A stretch of DNA of 63,202 bases, counting the filler, from Octopus bimaculoides (taxonomy: Eukaryota): NCBI RefSeq assembly GCF_001194135.2. It is 8 parts of 7 records of this genome, joined end to end, with 100 filler letters (N's around TTAATTAATTAA, not from the genome) between each part and the next. Parts side by side here need not be neighbours in the genome. Positions count along the whole stretch, not along the records: positions 54,749 to 63,202 come from NC_068988.1; 7 more parts are not named here. The stretch is one strand, 5' to 3'. Shown in pieces: positions 61,141 through 63,202 of this stretch. The notes beneath the pieces were generated by a model that worked only from the letters and a program-made list of their open reading frames with translations, was not told the origin of the DNA and did no database searches. The position numbers and the translations under genes are program-made. The first letter of the stretch is position 1; the number at the start of each line of letters is the position of its first letter.

Positions 61141-62028
61141 AAACTAAGTAGCAACTGTATTATTCTAGGAACTTCCCTGCCGAAGTAACCGTTGTAAATC
61201 ATATAATACGCAAACTTTTACAAAAAATTAAAAAGCAAGTTTTTCTTATGAAAGAAAAAATTGTCATTAACGATGTCGACATAGAGGTAGGTAAATATAA
61301 GTGTCACGGGTTAGTGTCTTGTTAATCACTGATAAGTATTAAAACAATAGCAACAGGGTTTGTTTTAACTATTTTATTTTTTAAAAATCGCATTATTTAC
61401 AATGTAATGAGCCATAAAATGGCGAAATTTACATCGGAATTTATCTTTGAATATTTTTTGTTTTTGTGGATTTTATTTGGCTCATCAAAAATATTCGAAA
61501 TTAGCAATTCTGTTATTTAATTTTTTTTTAAAGCATTATTTCAACTTTGATGTGCCAAAAACTGGTTAAATTTGCACCAGAATTTATAATTGAACAGAAA
61601 GAAAATTCTCCTGGATCTTATTTGCCTCCTCGAAAATATTCGAAATTAACAATTCTGTTAATGGAAGCGATGCTATTGGTTGATTTTTCGTCAATTTCAG
61701 GTCATTCTTATTTTCTTAAAATTCCAGTGATAAAATACAAAACGAGATTTTTTCTTAATGTTATCTTTAAAATGTAGTAGGTAGCATCGATTTTTACAAA
61801 AAAAAACTAGCTTCACACATTAAAGAAGACCTTTAACTTCACATGATGAAACTAATTTGAAATCAAAACAATACGAAAACGATGAAAACAAAATTGTTAT
61901 AATTTTAGGTTTTTGTTTTCATTTTTTAATTTTTTAAACTTTTTTTTTGCATCATTTTTAGATTTATTTATGTTGTTTTCTTCATTTCCTTTTAATTTTT
62001 TTAATTTTAAATTTTTTAATCAATTTCA

Positions 62029-62211
62029 TTGACCGATAAAGGTTTAAGAGATGCACAGATAGCCATTTCAAATCGATTATCTGTAGAATATCTGACGAAG
62101 AAAACAAGATGTAGGTTTCGAATTAAAGAACGTGACAGACGTTGTAGCAGGAGAAACCGTGTACTGGAAGCACTAAAATGGTTGTATAGAAATAACTCTC
62201 CAGTTAATTGA
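62029..62211 (+). mobile_element. Possible Helitron Rep/helicase N-terminal fragment
   Basis: RRNRVLEALKWLYRNN resembles the VRRxKVxxALxWLxxNNxxY motif of Helitron-associated proteins. Confidence 0.45.
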
Positions 62212-62569
62212 AAATTTTGGCAACCACGAAGAAGATGAAAGTGGGTAGGGGTNNNNNNNNNNNNNNNNNNNNNNNNNNNNNNNNNNNNNNNNNNNNNNNN
62301 NNNNNNNNNNNNNNNNNNNNNNNNNNNNNNNNNNNNNNNNNNNNNNNNNNNNNNNNNNNNNNNNNNNNNNNNNNNNNNNNNNNNNNNNNNNNNNNNNNNN
62401 NNNNNNNNNNNNNNNNNNNNNNNNNNNNNNNNNNTTTTTTTTTTTTTTTTTTTTTTTTTTTTATCAATGTCAGATACAACTGCAGAAGATAAGAATGATT
62501 TGTTTGGCAAAGAGCCCACGATGTTGCTTTGCATTAAACAAAGAGAAGTTTGAACACACTATCATTATT

Positions 62570-62700
<131 letters not shown>

Positions 62701-63202
62701 CGTAAAACCGACCCGTTTGTTTATTATATTTATATTTTTTATGCATATGCTTTTTACTCGGTTATCGGTTTTGTTGAAATTGTGTTTTATTTCAAAAGTA
62801 TTTTGTCTAGAAGCTAAGCTAAAAAAAAAATGATAATAATAAAACGTTGGAGCCAATCAACAAAATACACTGTCCAGGTGGGAAAGGATAGATTGAAGTG
62901 GTTGATGATGAGAATATTGGCTTCTGCATGGTAGTTATTTGAGGGAAAGCAATATTCTAAAAAATGTCTTCTCTTCACTATTGCCTTATTCCCTTTCTTT
63001 TATATTCTTTATCTTTCACCTTAATACCTGTCAATATATCTGTTTGTCGGCTGTTGGTTAGATTTCCAGTACGCTTCATTTTCTGTTTGTCTATTGATTT
63101 TGCCAGTTTATCTGTCTGTCTGTCTGTCTTCTATCTGCCTAGTTGCCTGTCTTTGTCCTTATGCCTTACTGTCAGCCCTCGCATGTATATATATATATAT
63201 AT

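Overview
AT-rich, repeat-dense eukaryotic scaffold segment with about 20 N gaps. The SINE families and microsatellite load look like a coleoid cephalopod, most likely Octopus; this is recognised from repeat sequences, not from a search. Most of the window is intronic or intergenic. It holds many copies of three or four SINE families, hAT, piggyBac-like, Tigger-like, maT and Tc1 DNA-transposon fragments, and CR1, RLE-type, L1/Tx1-like and Penelope-like (PLE) retroelement fragments. An unidentified minus-strand gene is supported by two phase-compatible coding exons (50507-50754, 46658-46720) and several short candidate exons. A CpG-rich, probably divergent promoter lies at about 25.9-26.6 kb. 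The main finding is that several unrelated short repeats carry minimal type I hammerhead ribozyme folds with a palindromic ACGU stem III. One has a canonical core (29668-29713), one family shares a non-canonical CUGUNG core (41770-41806, 52573-52610), and there are several decayed ones. They sit alongside Penelope-like RT fragments, which suggests multiple families of non-autonomous ribozyme-bearing PLE derivatives. All RNA folds were derived by hand and are untested.
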